From Mobula hypostoma (taxonomy: Eukaryota): a stretch of DNA of 64,000 nucleotides. Each line of letters begins with the position of its first letter. Positions within the stretch are counted from its first letter, which is position 1. The stretch lies in the NCBI RefSeq assembly GCF_963921235.1, contig NC_086097.1:255008001-255072000 (forward strand). The letters run 5' to 3'. The notes under the pieces were generated by a model. It did no database searches. It was not told the origin of the DNA and was given only the letters and a program-made list of their open reading frames with translations. The position numbers and the translations under genes were made by a program. This document shows, piece by piece, positions 11,876 through 24,195 of this stretch.

Positions 11876-11948
11876 GGGGAATTAGCTCAAATGGTAGAGC
11901 GCTCGCTTAGCATGCGAGAGGTAGCGAGATCGATGCTCGCATTCTCCA
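11876..11948 (+). tRNA. tRNA-Ala(AGC), intact
   Basis: All stems pair, G3.U70 present, TTTT terminator downstream. Confidence 0.96.
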
Positions 11949-12456
11949 TTGGCATTTTGTATCCAGAGGCACTCATCTGATTAAATTGCTCTGCAGTTTG
12001 GAATGCACAAAATATAGGGGTGGCAGAGAGAGTCATGAACGTGTCTCAGTCTAAGGAAAGTGGGCAATATCGTAGGTCTGCTGCGTTAAACGCAGATGCG
12101 ACGAAAAGCTAGCTGGCAGCTGGTGTTTCAGTAATGCATGAGCTGCAGGCGACCATTCAGACAGTAATCAGTTAAGTGGTCAAAAAGAAATTGCCCTGAA
12201 CACTGGGCGAAATGAGAAAGCTGAGTGGCCTTTTAGTTTTGTCGAGCAAAGAGGATCAAAGAGTTGTGTTGGAGTCGCACCTAGAATTGTGATAAACTCG
12301 GTGATGTGCGTCATCCGGTCGCCTGTGGCCCCTAGTGCTGGAAGGACTGCACATTACATTTGGCAGACTGTTGCCATCGTTCAAGAGACACTAGGATGAA
12401 AATCTGCATAATCATTGTCGGTAGTCGCCAGCGTGGCGAAGCTTGGTGTCGCTTTT

Positions 12457-12542
12457 CCTTCGATAGCTCAGTTGGAAGAGCGGAGGACTGTAGAGGAAAT
12501 GGAGTCATCCTTAGGTCGCTGGTTCGAATCCGGCTCCAAGGA
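12457..12542 (+). tRNA. tRNA-Tyr(GTA) with intron, D-loop and acceptor substitutions
   Basis: 86-nt match with GGAAGA and CTCCAAGG variants. Confidence 0.88.
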
Positions 12543-12909
12543 TCGGGACTTCTTTTACTACGCCGATCATCAAGTCCGTACTACAGAACTTCTCGGTGGC
12601 TCAAGACTGCACTCCGAATTGCTCCGACTCGTGACGGGATAGAATACAGAGGCATCTAATCACATAACAGGCAAGGCCAGCAGATCACTGGGTCACATTT
12701 CAGAGCGCTATGTCCTCACGCTTGCTACTCTGACAGTACGACAACTCTCAGTCGTCCTAAAGTAACACAAAGATAGAAATATTAGGTTGGATATGATTAG
12801 ATGATGAGGACACTCAGTCCTCGTTTACTGTAATTTTAAAATGCATGCCTTAAAAAATGATACTATGTTCCTCCGGTAGGATATCACAGAAACACAAGAC
12901 AGACTTGAA

Positions 12910-13226
12910 CATCAGTCACTGAAAGCAAGCATGCAAGTACAGCAGGCAGTGAAGAAAGCTCATGGCATGCTGGCCTTCATAACAAGGGGAGTTGAGCATA
13001 AGAGCAAAGAGGTCTTTCCGCAGCTATGCAGGGCCCTAGTGCGACCACACCTGGAGTACTGTGTGCAGTTGTGGTCTCCAAATTTGAAGAAGGACATTCT
13101 TGCTATTGAGGGAGTGCAGCGTAGGCTAATTTCCGGGATGGCGGGACTGTCATATGTCGAAAGTCTGGAGCGAATGGGCTTGCATAGTCTGGAATTTAGA
13201 AGGCTGAGAGGGGATCTTATTGAAAC

Positions 13227-13257
<31 letters not shown>

Positions 13258-14445
13258 TTTTATTAATCCCGAGGGAAATTTGGTTTCGTTCCAGCCACAC
13301 CAACCACGAATAGAGCGTAAGTATAGCAAAACAAAGCACCCAACAATCAAACAACAAAATGCAAAAGTGTGCCAGATGGAAAATAAGTCCTGGACCAGTC
13401 TATTGGTTCAGGGTGTCTGACCCTCCACGGGAGGAGCTGCACGTTCGATGCCCACAGGCAGGAACGACCTCCCGTGCCGCCAAGTGTTGTATCACGGTGG
13501 AATGTGGCCGAAGTCCAATAGTAAAAAGTTCAATATCCAGTCTGCAAACACGTTCCTCGATCAAATATATCCCGGATTGTACCATCTGTTGTTAATCAGA
13601 TCAGTAAGCACCGAACCCCTTTATGCTCACCGCTCTCAGTGCACTTCCGGTCAGGCGGAACGGTATTAAACACCGAAATCCTCTTCTCCAAAAGTCTCTG
13701 TTGTCTCGACCCGTTCCTCTTTCCTCGGCTTTGTGACCCCCTCTGTGTGTTTTCCACCAGATTTCCGCAGGGGTGTCCACCGCTCTGTTCGCTCAGCCGG
13801 CCGGTATTTGCTGGTCCGTGGAATACACCATGTGACCTTGCTTCCGTCCCGTGTGTCGGGATGTAACCATTTCCAGCGCTAAAGAAAACCCAAATAAAAC
13901 TCTCTCTTCCAGCATGTTAGAGAGGGTGCAGCATCGACGTGTTACCGTGAGGAAGAAAAATTCAAAAAAAATAGCGTAAATTAAAAAGTAAAGAAGAAAG
14001 TAAGTAAAAATAGATCGGAACGGCTGAACCCGGGTGCATACGCGACCGGCGCATGCGCACTAAGGATATAAGATTATTAAAGGATTGGACACGCTGCAGG
14101 CAGGAAGCATGTTCAGCTGATGGGTGAGTCCAGAACCAGAGGCCACATTTTAAGAATAAGGGGTAGGCCATTTAGAACGGAGTTGAGGAAGAACTTTTTC
14201 ACCCAGAGAGTGGTAGACATATGGAATGCTCTGCCCCAGAAGGCTGTGGAGGCCAAGTCTCTGGATGCTTTCAAGAAAGAGATGGATAGAGCTCTTAAAG
14301 ATAGCGCTATCAAAGGTTATGGGGATAAGGCAGGAACTGGATACAGATTGTGGATGACCAGCCATGATCACAGTGAATGGCGGTGCTGGCTCGAAGGGCG
14401 GAATGCTCTACTTCTGCACCTATTATCTATTGCCCATTGTCTACT
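12910..14445 (+). mobile_element. CR1 3' fragment interrupted at 13228-14065
   Basis: RT C-terminal peptides and CR1 3' UTR. Confidence 0.88.
13228..14065 (-). mobile_element. Rex1-like internally deleted derivative
   Basis: Homologous to 351-1152, same insertion point. Confidence 0.75.
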
Positions 14446-14924
14446 GACCAAGACTAAAAGTGACAAAATCCACATAATTCTACCATATAGTTAAGCAGTG
14501 CAAAGCAATACCGCAATTTGATTAGAGCAGACCATGGGCACGGTAAAAAAAAGTCTCAAAGACCCGATTGCCTCGTCATATCACGCAGACCGTAGAAGGA
14601 AGAAAATCCCCCTGCATGAGCCTCCAGAGGCAAATCGTCCATTGATGATGGAATTCAGTCATTGAGCTTTTCAGCTGATTTGTCATTTGGCTGTAGTTTT
14701 CCAAAAGTGTCGGAGAATGCGGCAACGAAATAGACAGGAACGGCAGATCCGAGAATGCTCTGTTTGATAGCAGTGTAGAATTCCAGGAGAATGTTGTGTC
14801 GTTGATGCAGTTTTACAATCTGCCAGAAGAAGTGGATGACGCGGCCGTTGCCTTGGTTCATGAAGATGTTCTGCTTCTGACACACGAGTTCCCTCCGTGG
14901 CATAATAATACAGGAAAGGTGAAT

Positions 14925-16002
14925 CCTTTCTACCCTGTTTCTGTGCTTGATGAGCTAATTGAGGCAGCTGATTCTCGTTGGGGCTGGCTGCGTAAATACC
15001 TTCAGAGACCAGGGCGTGGTTGCTGGATTGTTCTTGTCTAACACCTTGTATCCTTCCCTCTGCCTTCTGTTTCCTCTCCTGAAGCCCTGCCCTGTCTTGC
15101 TGAAAACGCTCGCCTTGTGTTGCTGCAAACCCTCACCTTGTCTTGCTGGAAACCTTCCTCTTCTCTTGCTGGAAACGCCAGCTTTGTCTTGCTGGAAACG
15201 TTCGCCTTGTCTTGCTGGAAACGCTCGCCTTGTCTTGCTGGAAACGCTCGCCTTGTCTTGCTGGAAACCCTTGCCTTGTCTTGCTGGAAACCATCGCCTT
15301 GTCTTGCTGGAAACACTCGCTTTGTTTTGCTGGAAACACTCGTCTTGCCTTGCTGAAACGCTCACATGGTCTTGCTGGAAACGCTCGCCTTGGCTTGCAG
15401 GAAACCATCGCCTCGTCATGCCTGCAGTCTTGTACTGTAGTCACCCTGTTCCTAGCACCCTTCCTATTCCTTGCCTCCGCCCAGATAAGCCAGGCCGTCT
15501 TGCCGTTACCTGGCGTTGGTTCTGTCCCGTCCTGCCCCTTGCCTCTGTTGGGTGGTGATCGGCGCCCTGCCCAGGTGATCCGCGCCCTGCCCTGGAGGAA
15601 CCTGCTAAGCCTTCCCTCAAGTCTCCAGCCTCCAGCCTCGCTTTTGCTCAGTTCTCCGGCCTCCAGCCTCGACGCGCCTCAAGTCTCCGTCCTCCAGCCT
15701 CGCCTCGCCTCAAGTTTCCTGACTCCTGTCTCCAGCCTCGTCTCGCCTCGCCTCAAGTCTCAAGTCTCAAGTCTCAGGTCTCGTCCCGCCTGACTGCCAA
15801 GACTCGTCCTTGCCTGGTTCTGGGGCCGAGCCAGAGGGAAGGAGTGCAAGTTCGGGCTCCTAGCTCCTTGTTCAGTCCTGTTGCGGGTTCCTGGTTTTCC
15901 TGTGCATGTCCTTGCCATCGCCCTGAATGCTAGTCCTGTCCCTAGTTCTTCAGTGTCTGTGTCTTGCGCTTGGGTCCGTTACCAGCCGGTGGCCGTATGA
16001 CA
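14925..16002. mobile_element. Solo LTR, left end deleted, ~14 copies of 23-bp repeat
   Basis: Ends TATGACA followed by ATATC. Confidence 0.75.
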
Positions 16003-16428
16003 ATATCAATTCCAACTGCCGTCACAACCGGTTGTAAAAATAGACAGAAGTATAATTCTTTTCATGCAGGAGAATGAATTGTCGTTTGGGGACATGAAAA
16101 GTGACAGTGGCAGAGAGCGACCGTATGTGTGTCGGAGTGGTTGGTTGATGATTGAGTGAGTGTGTCTGTGTGTGAGCTGCTGATTGTGCAAGGGTGAGCA
16201 GTGACAGGCATGCAATGGTGCTTGTAGCGCTGAGCAAACTACAAGAGCTGTGTTGGAGTCGCACCGAGAATGGTGATTTGCGTCATGCGGTCGTCTGTGG
16301 CCCATAGTGTTGGAACAACTAGATATTACAATTGGCAGGCTGTTGCTCTGGGTGGAGAGACACTAGGATGAAAATCTGCATAATCATTGTCTGCAGGAGC
16401 CAGCGTGGCGAAGCTTGGTGTCGTTTTT

Positions 16429-16514
16429 CCTTCGATAGCTCAGTTGGTAGAGCGGAGGACTGTAGAGGAAATGGAGTCATCCTTAGGTCGCTGGTTCGAA
16501 TCCGGCTCGAAGCA
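16429..16514 (+). tRNA. tRNA-Tyr(GTA) with intron, G72C; partner Ala deleted in this unit
   Basis: 86-nt match ending TCGAAGCA. Confidence 0.88.
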
Positions 16515-16910
16515 TCGGGACTTCTTTTACTACGCCGATCATCAATTCCGTAGTATGGAGCTTCTCGGTGGCACAAACTGCAGTCCGAATTGCTCCGACT
16601 CGTGACGGGATAGAATACAGAGGCATCTAATCACATAACAGGCAAGGCCAGCAGATCACTGGGTCACATTTCAGAGCGCTATGTCCTCACGCTTGCTGCT
16701 CTGACACTACGACAACTCTCACTCGTCCTAAAGTAACACAGATATGGAAATATTAGATTAGATTAGATTAGATTAGGTTATGACGACATTCAGTCCTCGG
16801 TCTTTTGAATCAACTTACAATGCATTAAAAAATTATACAATATTCCTCCGGTATGATATCACAAAAACAGAAGAAGTCCAAGACTAAAAGTGACAAAATC
16901 CACATAATTC

Positions 16911-18734
16911 AAAGAGCTTTTACAAGTATATTAAGAGAAAAAGGATTGTAAGGGGTAAAATTGGTCCTCTTGAAGATCAGAGTGGTCGGCTTTGTGCGGA
17001 ACCAAAGGAAATGGGGGAGATTTTAAATAGGTTTTTTGCGTCTGTATTTACTAAGGAAGCTGCCATGAAATCTATGGAATTGAGGGAATGAAGTAGTGAG
17101 ACCATGGCAACTGTACAGATTGAAAAGGAAAAGGTGCTTGCTGTCTTGAGGAAAATTAAAGTGGATAAATCCCCGTGACCTGACAGGGTGTTCCCTCGGA
17201 CCTTGAAGGAGAGTAGTGTTGAAATTGCGGGGGCCCTGGCAGAAATATTTGAAATGTCGCTGTCTACGGGTGAAGTGCCGGAGGATTGGAGAGTGGCTCA
17301 TGTTGTTCCGTTGTTTAAAAAAGGATCGAAAAGTAATCCGGGAAATTATAGGCCGGTGAGTTTAACGTCAGTAGTAGGTAAGTTATTGGAGGGAGTACTA
17401 AGAGACAGAATCTACAAACATTTGGATAGACAGGGGCTTATTAGGGAGAGTCAACATGGCTTTGTGCGTGGTAGGTCATGTTTGACCAATCTGTTGGAGT
17501 TTTTCGAGGAGGTTACCTGGAAAGTGTCTGAAGGGAAGGTAGTGCATATTGTCTACATGGACTTCAGTAAGGCCTTTGACAAGGTCCCGCATGGGAGGTT
17601 AGTTAGGAAAATTCAGTCGCTAGGTATACATGGAGAGGTGGTAAATTGGATTGGACATTGGCTCGATGGAAGAAGCCAGAGAGTGGTGGTAGAAAATTGC
17701 TTAGCTGAGTGGAGGCCTGTCACTAGTGGTGTGCCACAGGGATCCGTGCTGGGTCCATTGTTATTTGTCATATATATCAATGAACTGGATGATAATGTGG
17801 TAAATTGGATCAGCAAGTTCGCTGATGATACAAAGATTGGAGGTGTAGTAGACAGTGAGGAAGGTTTTCAGAGCCTGCAGAGGGACTTGGACCAGCTGGA
17901 AAAATGGGCTGAAAAATGGCAGATGGAGTTTAATACAGACAAGTATGAGGTATTGCACGTTGGAAGGACAAACCAACGTAGAACATACAGGGTTAATGGT
18001 AAGGCACTGAGGAGTGCAGTGGAACAGAGGGATCTGGGAATACAGATACAAAATTCCCTAAAAGTGTCGTCACAGGTAGATAGGGTCGTAAAGAGAGCTT
18101 TTGGTACATTGGCCTTTATTAATCGTAGTATTGATTATAAGAGCTGGAATGTTATGATGAGGTTGTATAAGGCATTTGTGAGGCCGAATCTGGAGTATTG
18201 TGTTCAGTTTTGGTCACCAAATTACAGGAAGGATATAAATAAGGTTGAAAGAGTGCAGAGAAGGTTTACAAGGATGTTGCCGGGACTTGAGAAACTCAGC
18301 TACAGAGAAAGGTTGAATAGGTTGGGACTTTATTCCCTGGAGCGTAGAAGAATGAGGGGAGATTTGATTGAGGTATATAAAATTATGATGGGTATGGATA
18401 GAGTGAATGCAAGCAGTCTTTTTCTACTGAGGCAAGGGGTGAAATAAACCAGAGGACATAGGTTAATGGTGAGGGGGGAAAAGTTTAAAGGGAACATTAG
18501 GGGGGGCTTCTTCACACAGAGTGGTGGGAGTATGGACTGAGCTGCCAGACGAGGTGGTAAATGCGGATCTTTTTTAACATTTAAGAATAAATTGGACAGA
18601 TACATGGATGGGAGGTGTATGGAGGGAAATGGTCCATGTGCAGGTCAGTGGGACTAGTCAGAAAATGGTTCGGCACAGTCAAGAAGGGCCAAAGGGCCTG
18701 TTTCTGTGCTGTAGTTTCTGTTGTTCTATGGTTC
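16911..18734 (+). mobile_element. 5'-truncated CR1 LINE (RT domain), TSD TAATTC
   Basis: ORF 17188-18447 has NYRPVSLTSVVGK, YMDFSKAFDKV, GVPQGSVLGP, KFADD; TTCTATGG tail; in-frame stops upstream. Confidence 0.95.
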
Positions 18735-20162
18735 TAATTCTACCATATAGTTAAGCAGTGCAAAGCAATACCGCAATTTGATAAGAGCAGACCATGGGCA
18801 CGGAAAAAAAAGTCTCAAAAACCCGATTGCCTCGTCATCTCACGCAGACGGTAAAAGGAAGAAAATCCCCCTGCCATGAGCTTCCAGCGGCTCGAACTTG
18901 CCGATGCAGCGTCCTGGAAGCACCGGACCACAGTACAAAGTGTGAGTCCGTCCGAAATCTTCCAGCCTCCGACCAGCGCTCCGACACCGAGCACCGAGCA
19001 ACCTCTCTGCCGAACGTTTCCACCCGGGCCCCGGCCGCCAAGTAACAGGCAAAGCCGAGAATTCGGGGCATTTCCCTCCGGGAATTTCCGATCACACAGT
19101 AGCCGCGGCAGCGAAGAAGGCATTTCAGGAGTTTCACCAGATGTTTCTCCGTTCTCTCACGTCTGCCGCCATCAAATCAGAATTGTGCACGGCCTCCTAC
19201 CTGACAGATAAGAGATATGCATCACCGGAGAGGCCGCGTGTAGCAAGTGTACAGAGGAAGAGACCGACACAAAGGCCCAAATGGAACATCGGTCACCTCT
19301 TCGTTGGAAGACATTTAGCAATCAGTCTAGGATGAGCAATTCCAAACTGCACGAGCAAGGGATGCCAGAATCTGAATTTCGGCTGATCGTTGGAGGGCAC
19401 CGTTGAAAGCGAAGGCAGCTAACGGCATTGCCATCGCCCTTATGTCGTTTCCATATATCCGTTGAGGTGGAATTCGGCTCATCTGTGGGTGGCGCAAGTC
19501 CGGATCAAAATCTTCATATTTCTGCGAGTGATTTGAAGTGAGAGCTGTGAAACAGAAGAGTCAGATGTGCATTAGATGTACAGCTACATGAAATTTGAGC
19601 GCCCTGCAGAAGCGAGCTCTTGGAACAGCAGGTTTGCAGTGTGCATATGTCTGCAGTGTTTTGTCCCTCCTATCATCTTCCCGGAGAGAGGCAAATCGTC
19701 CATTGATGATGGAATTCAGTCATTGAGCTTTTCAGCTGATTGGTCATTTTGCTGTAGTTTTCCAAAAGTGTCGGAGAATGCGGCAACGAAATAGTCAGGA
19801 ACGGCAGATCCGAGAATGCTCTGTTTGATAGCAGTGTAGAATTCCAGGAGAATGTTGTGTCGTTGATGCAGTTTTACAATCTGCCAGAAGAAATGGATGA
19901 CGCGGCCATTGCCTTGGTTCATGAAGATGTTCTGCTTCTGACACACGAGTTCCCTCCGTGGCGTAATAATACAGGAAAGGTGAATGCGGGAAGGTTGCTA
20001 ACAGTGGTGCTGTTGGTGATATGTTGGTGTTGAGGGGCCAGATTTCAGCTGAGGGGCATCTGCATGTTCACAGAAGCGACGCATTGCACGGTAGGTTTCG
20101 GTGTCTCCATGAGGAAGTGATTTTACGTCTAATTTTTGTCGCTACTTTGAAGTCTAGATATC

Positions 20163-21336
20163 TGTTATAGTCCGGTCCGTGATGTCCATATTCCGGTTTA
20201 TGGTCCGATTCATCGACCCTTGCTCCAAGTTTCCTTTCTACCCTGTTCCTGTCCTTGTTGAGCTAATTGAGGCAGCTGATTCTCGTTGAGGTTGGCTGCA
20301 TAAATACCTTCACAGAGCAGGGCGTGGTTGCTGGATTGTTCTTGTCCTAACACCTTGTATCCCTCCCTCTGCCTTCTGTTTCCTCTCCTGAAGCCCTGCC
20401 CTGTCTTGCCGGAAACGCTCGCCTTGTCTTGCTGAAAACGCTCGCCTTGTCTTGCTGGAAACCCTCACCTTGTCTTGCTGGAAATCCTCTCCTTCTCTTG
20501 CTGGAAACGCCCGCCTTGTCTTGCTGGAAACGCTAGCCTTGTTTTGCTGGAAACGCTGGCCTTGTTTTGCTGGAAACGCTGGCCTTGTCTTGCTGGAAAC
20601 CCTCGCCTTGTCTTGCTGGAAACACTCGCCTTGTTTTGCTGGAAACACTCGTCTTGCCTTGCTGGAAACGCTCAACTGGTCTTGCTGGAAACGCTCGCCT
20701 TGGCTTGCTGGAATCCATCGCCTCGTCATGCCTGCAGTCTTGTACTGTAGCCACCCTGTTCCTAGCTCCCTTCCTATCCCTTGCCTCCGCCCAGGTAAGC
20801 CAGGCCGTCTTGCCGTTACCTGGGGTTGGTTCAGTCCCGTCCTGTCCCTTGCCTCTGTTGGGTGGTGATCCGCGCCCTGCCCAGGTGATCCGCGCCCTGC
20901 CCAGGAGGAACCTGCTAAGCCTCGCCTCAAGTCTGAAGCCTCTAGCCTCGCCTTGCCTCAAGTCTCCAGCCTCCAGCCTCGCCTTGCCCCAAGTCTCCGG
21001 CCTTCAGCCTCGCTTTTGCTCAGGTCACGGCCTCCAGCCTCGACTCGCCTCAAGTGTCAAGTCTCAAGTCTCAGGTCTCGTCCCGCCTGCCTGCCAAGAC
21101 TCGTCCTTGCCTGGTTCTGGGACCGAGCCAGAGGCAAGCCCCAGGTACTGGGTCCTTGTGCAGTCTCTGGCTCGGAGTCCAAGCCCGGGCTCCTAGCTCC
21201 CTTGTTCAGTCCTGTTCCAGGTTCTTGGTTTCCCTGTCCATCTCCTTGCCATCGCCCTGTATCCTAGTCCTGTCCCTCGGACTTCAGTGCCTGTGTCTTG
21301 CACTTGGGTCCGTTACCAGCCCGTGCCCGTATGACA
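20163..21336. mobile_element. Complete solo LTR (Gypsy/BEL-type), 5-bp TSD ATATC
   Basis: TGTTATA...TATGACA termini; ATATC at 20158-20162 and 21337-21341; other units have the empty site GAAGTGGAGATATCAATTCC. Confidence 0.85.
20400..20722. repeat. 23-bp minisatellite CCTTGTCTTGCTGGAAACGCTCG, ~14 copies
   Basis: Head-to-tail repeats without spacers. Confidence 0.9.
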
Positions 21337-21597
21337 ATATCAATTCCAACTGCCGTCACAATCGGTTGTAAAAATAGACAGAAGGATAATTCTTTGCATG
21401 CGCGAGAATGAATTGTCGTTTGGGGACATGAAAGGTGACAGGGGCAGAGAGCGACCGTATGTGTGTCTGAGTGGTTGGTTGATGATTGAGTGAGTGTGTC
21501 TGTGTGTGAGCTGATGATTGTGGAACGGTGAGCAGTGCCAGGCATGCAATGGCGCTAGTGGCGCTGAGCAAATTACAGGAGGTGGATCGGATGTGCT

Positions 21598-21670
21598 GGG
21601 GAATTAGCTCAAATGGTAGAGCGCTCGCTTAGCATGCGAGAGGTAGCGAGATCGATGCTCGCATTGTCCA
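21598..21670 (+). tRNA. tRNA-Ala(AGC), acceptor-stem mismatch (C69G)
   Basis: 73-nt match. Confidence 0.9.
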
Positions 21671-22171
21671 TTGGCATTTTGTATCCAGAGGCACCCATCT
21701 GATTAAATTGCGCTGAAGTTTGGAACGCACAGAATATAGGTCTGGCAGAGAGGGACATGAACGTGTCAAAGGAAAGGGGGAGATGTCGTAGGTCTGCTGC
21801 GTTAAAGGCAGATACGACGAAAAGCTTGCTGGCATCTGGTGTTTCAGTAATGCATGCGCTGCAGGCGACCATTCAGACAGAAATGAGTTAAGTGTTCAAA
21901 ACGAAATTGCCCTGAACACTGGGCGAAATGAGAAAGCTGAGTGGCCTTTGGTTTTGTCAAGCAAAGAAGATCAAAAAGCTGTGTTGCAGTCGCACCGAGA
22001 ATGGTGATAAGCTCGGTGATGGGCGTCATCCGGTCGCCTGTGGCCCCTAGTGCTGGAAGGACTAGATATTGCAATTGGCAGGCTGTTGCTGTGGGTCGGG
22101 AGACACCAGGATGAAGATGCGCATAATCATTGTCGGTGGGAGCCAACGTGGCGAAACTTGGTGTCGCTTTT

Positions 22172-22257
22172 CCTTCGATAGCTCAGTTGGTAGAGCGGAG
22201 GACTGTAGAGGAAATGGAGTCATCCTTAGGTCGCTGGTTCGAATCCGGCTCGAAGGA
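22172..22257 (+). tRNA. tRNA-Tyr(GTA) with 13-nt intron, intact
   Basis: Exons match the canonical vertebrate Tyr-GTA sequence; TTTT downstream. Confidence 0.97.
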
Positions 22258-22624
22258 TCGGGACTTCTTTTACTACGCCGATCTTCAAGTCCGTACTACA
22301 GAGCTTCTCGGTGGCACAAGACTGCACTCCAAATTGCTCCGACTCGTGACGGGATTGAATACAGAGGCATCTAATCACATTACAGGCAAGGCCAGCAGAT
22401 CACTGGGTCACAGTGCAGAGCACTATGTCCTCACGCTTGCTGCTGTGACAGTACGACAACTCTCACTCGTCCTAAAGTAACACAAAGATAGGAATATTAG
22501 ATTGGATATGATTAGATGATGAGGACACTCAGTCCTCGTTTACTGTAATTTTAAAATGCATGCCTTAAAAAATGATACCATGTTCCTCCGGTATGATATC
22601 ACAGAAACACAAGACAGACTTGAA

Positions 22625-22950
22625 CATCAGTCACTGAAAGCAAGCATGCAAGTACAGCAGGCAGTGAAGAAAGCTCATGGCATGCTGGCCTTCATAACAA
22701 GGGGAGTTGAGCATAAGAGCAAAGAGGTCCTTCTGCAGCTATACAGGGCCCTAGTGAGAACACACCTGGAGTACCGTGTGCAGTTTTGGTCTCCAAATTT
22801 GAGGAAGGACATTCTTGCTATTGAGGGAGTGCAGCGTAGGTTCACAAGGCTAATTTCTGGGATGGCGGGAGTGTCATATGTCGAAAGATTGGAGCGACTG
22901 GGCTTGTATATTCTGGAATTTAGAAGGCTGAGAGGGGATCTTATTGAAAC

Positions 22951-23003
<53 letters not shown>

Positions 23004-24195
23004 CAGATATATAGATAGATATACTTTATTGATCCCGAGGGAAAGTTGGTTTCGTTACAGCCGCACCAACCAAGCATAGAGCGTAAGTGTAACAATACAA
23101 AAAACTCCAACAATCAAACAGCATTATGCAAACTATGCCAGATGGAAAGTAAGTCCAGGACCAGTGTATTGGCTCAGGGTGTCTGACCCTCCACGGGAGG
23201 AGCTGCACGTTTGATGGCCGCAGAAAGGAACGACCTCCTGTGCCGCCAAGTGTTGTATCACGGTGGAATGTGGCCGAAGTCCAACAGTAACAAGTTCAAT
23301 ATCCAGTCTGCAAACACGTTCCTCGATCGTAATATACCCCGGATTGTGCCATCCGTTGTTAACCAGATCAGTAAGCACCGAACTGCTTTATGCTCACCGC
23401 TCTCAGTGCACTTCCGGTCAGGCGGAAAGGTATTAAACACCGAACTTCTCTTCTCCAAAAGTCTCTGTTGTCTCGACCCGGTCCTCTTTCCTCGGCTTTG
23501 TGATCCGCCTCTGTGTGTTTTCCTCCGGATTTCAGCAGGGGTGTCCACCGCTCTGTTAGCTAAGCCGGCCGGTATTTGCCGGCTCGTGAAGTACACAATG
23601 CGACCTTGCTTCCGTCTCGCGTATCGGGATGTAACCATTACCAGAGCTGAAGAAAACCCAAGTAAAACTCTTTCTACCAGCATGTTAGAGAGGGTGCAAC
23701 GTCGACGTGTTAACGTGAGGAAGAAAAATACAAAAAAAAACGTAAATTATAAAGTAAGAAGAAGAAAGTAAAAAGAGATCGGAACGGCTTAACCAGGGTG
23801 CATGCACGACCGGTGCATGCGCACTAACCATATCGATTATTGAGGGATTGGGCACGGTGAAGGCAGGAAACATGTTCCCGCTGATGCGTGAGACCAGAAC
23901 CAGAGGCCACATTTTAAGAATAAGGGGTGGGTCATTTAGAACGGAGTTGAGGAAAAACTTTTTCACCCAGAGAGTGGAAGACATATGGAATGCTCTGCCC
24001 CAGAATGCTGTGGAGGCCAAGTCTCTGAATGTTTTCAAGAAAGAGATGGATAGAGCTCTTAAAGATAGCGGAATCAAAGGTTATCGGGATAAAGCAGGAA
24101 CGGGATACAGATTGTGGATGAAAAGGCATGATCACAGTGTGTGGCAGTGCTGGCTCGAAGGGCCGAATGGCCTACTTCGGCACCTATTGTCTATT
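22625..24195 (+). mobile_element. CR1 3' fragment interrupted at 22952-23829
   Basis: RT C-terminal peptides and 3' UTR. Confidence 0.88.
22952..23829 (-). mobile_element. Rex1-like internally deleted derivative with expanded (GATA)n tail
   Basis: ORF 23258-23683 reads GRIVY...PAEIRRKTHRGG...RLLEKR; ~70 bp GATA microsatellite. Confidence 0.78.

Noticed and set aside
14955..15793. Long repetitive ORFs (FQQDKASVSSKTRR..., LLETLALSCWK...) as repeat proteins
   Set aside because: By-product of a stop-poor 23-bp VNTR, open in several frames on both strands
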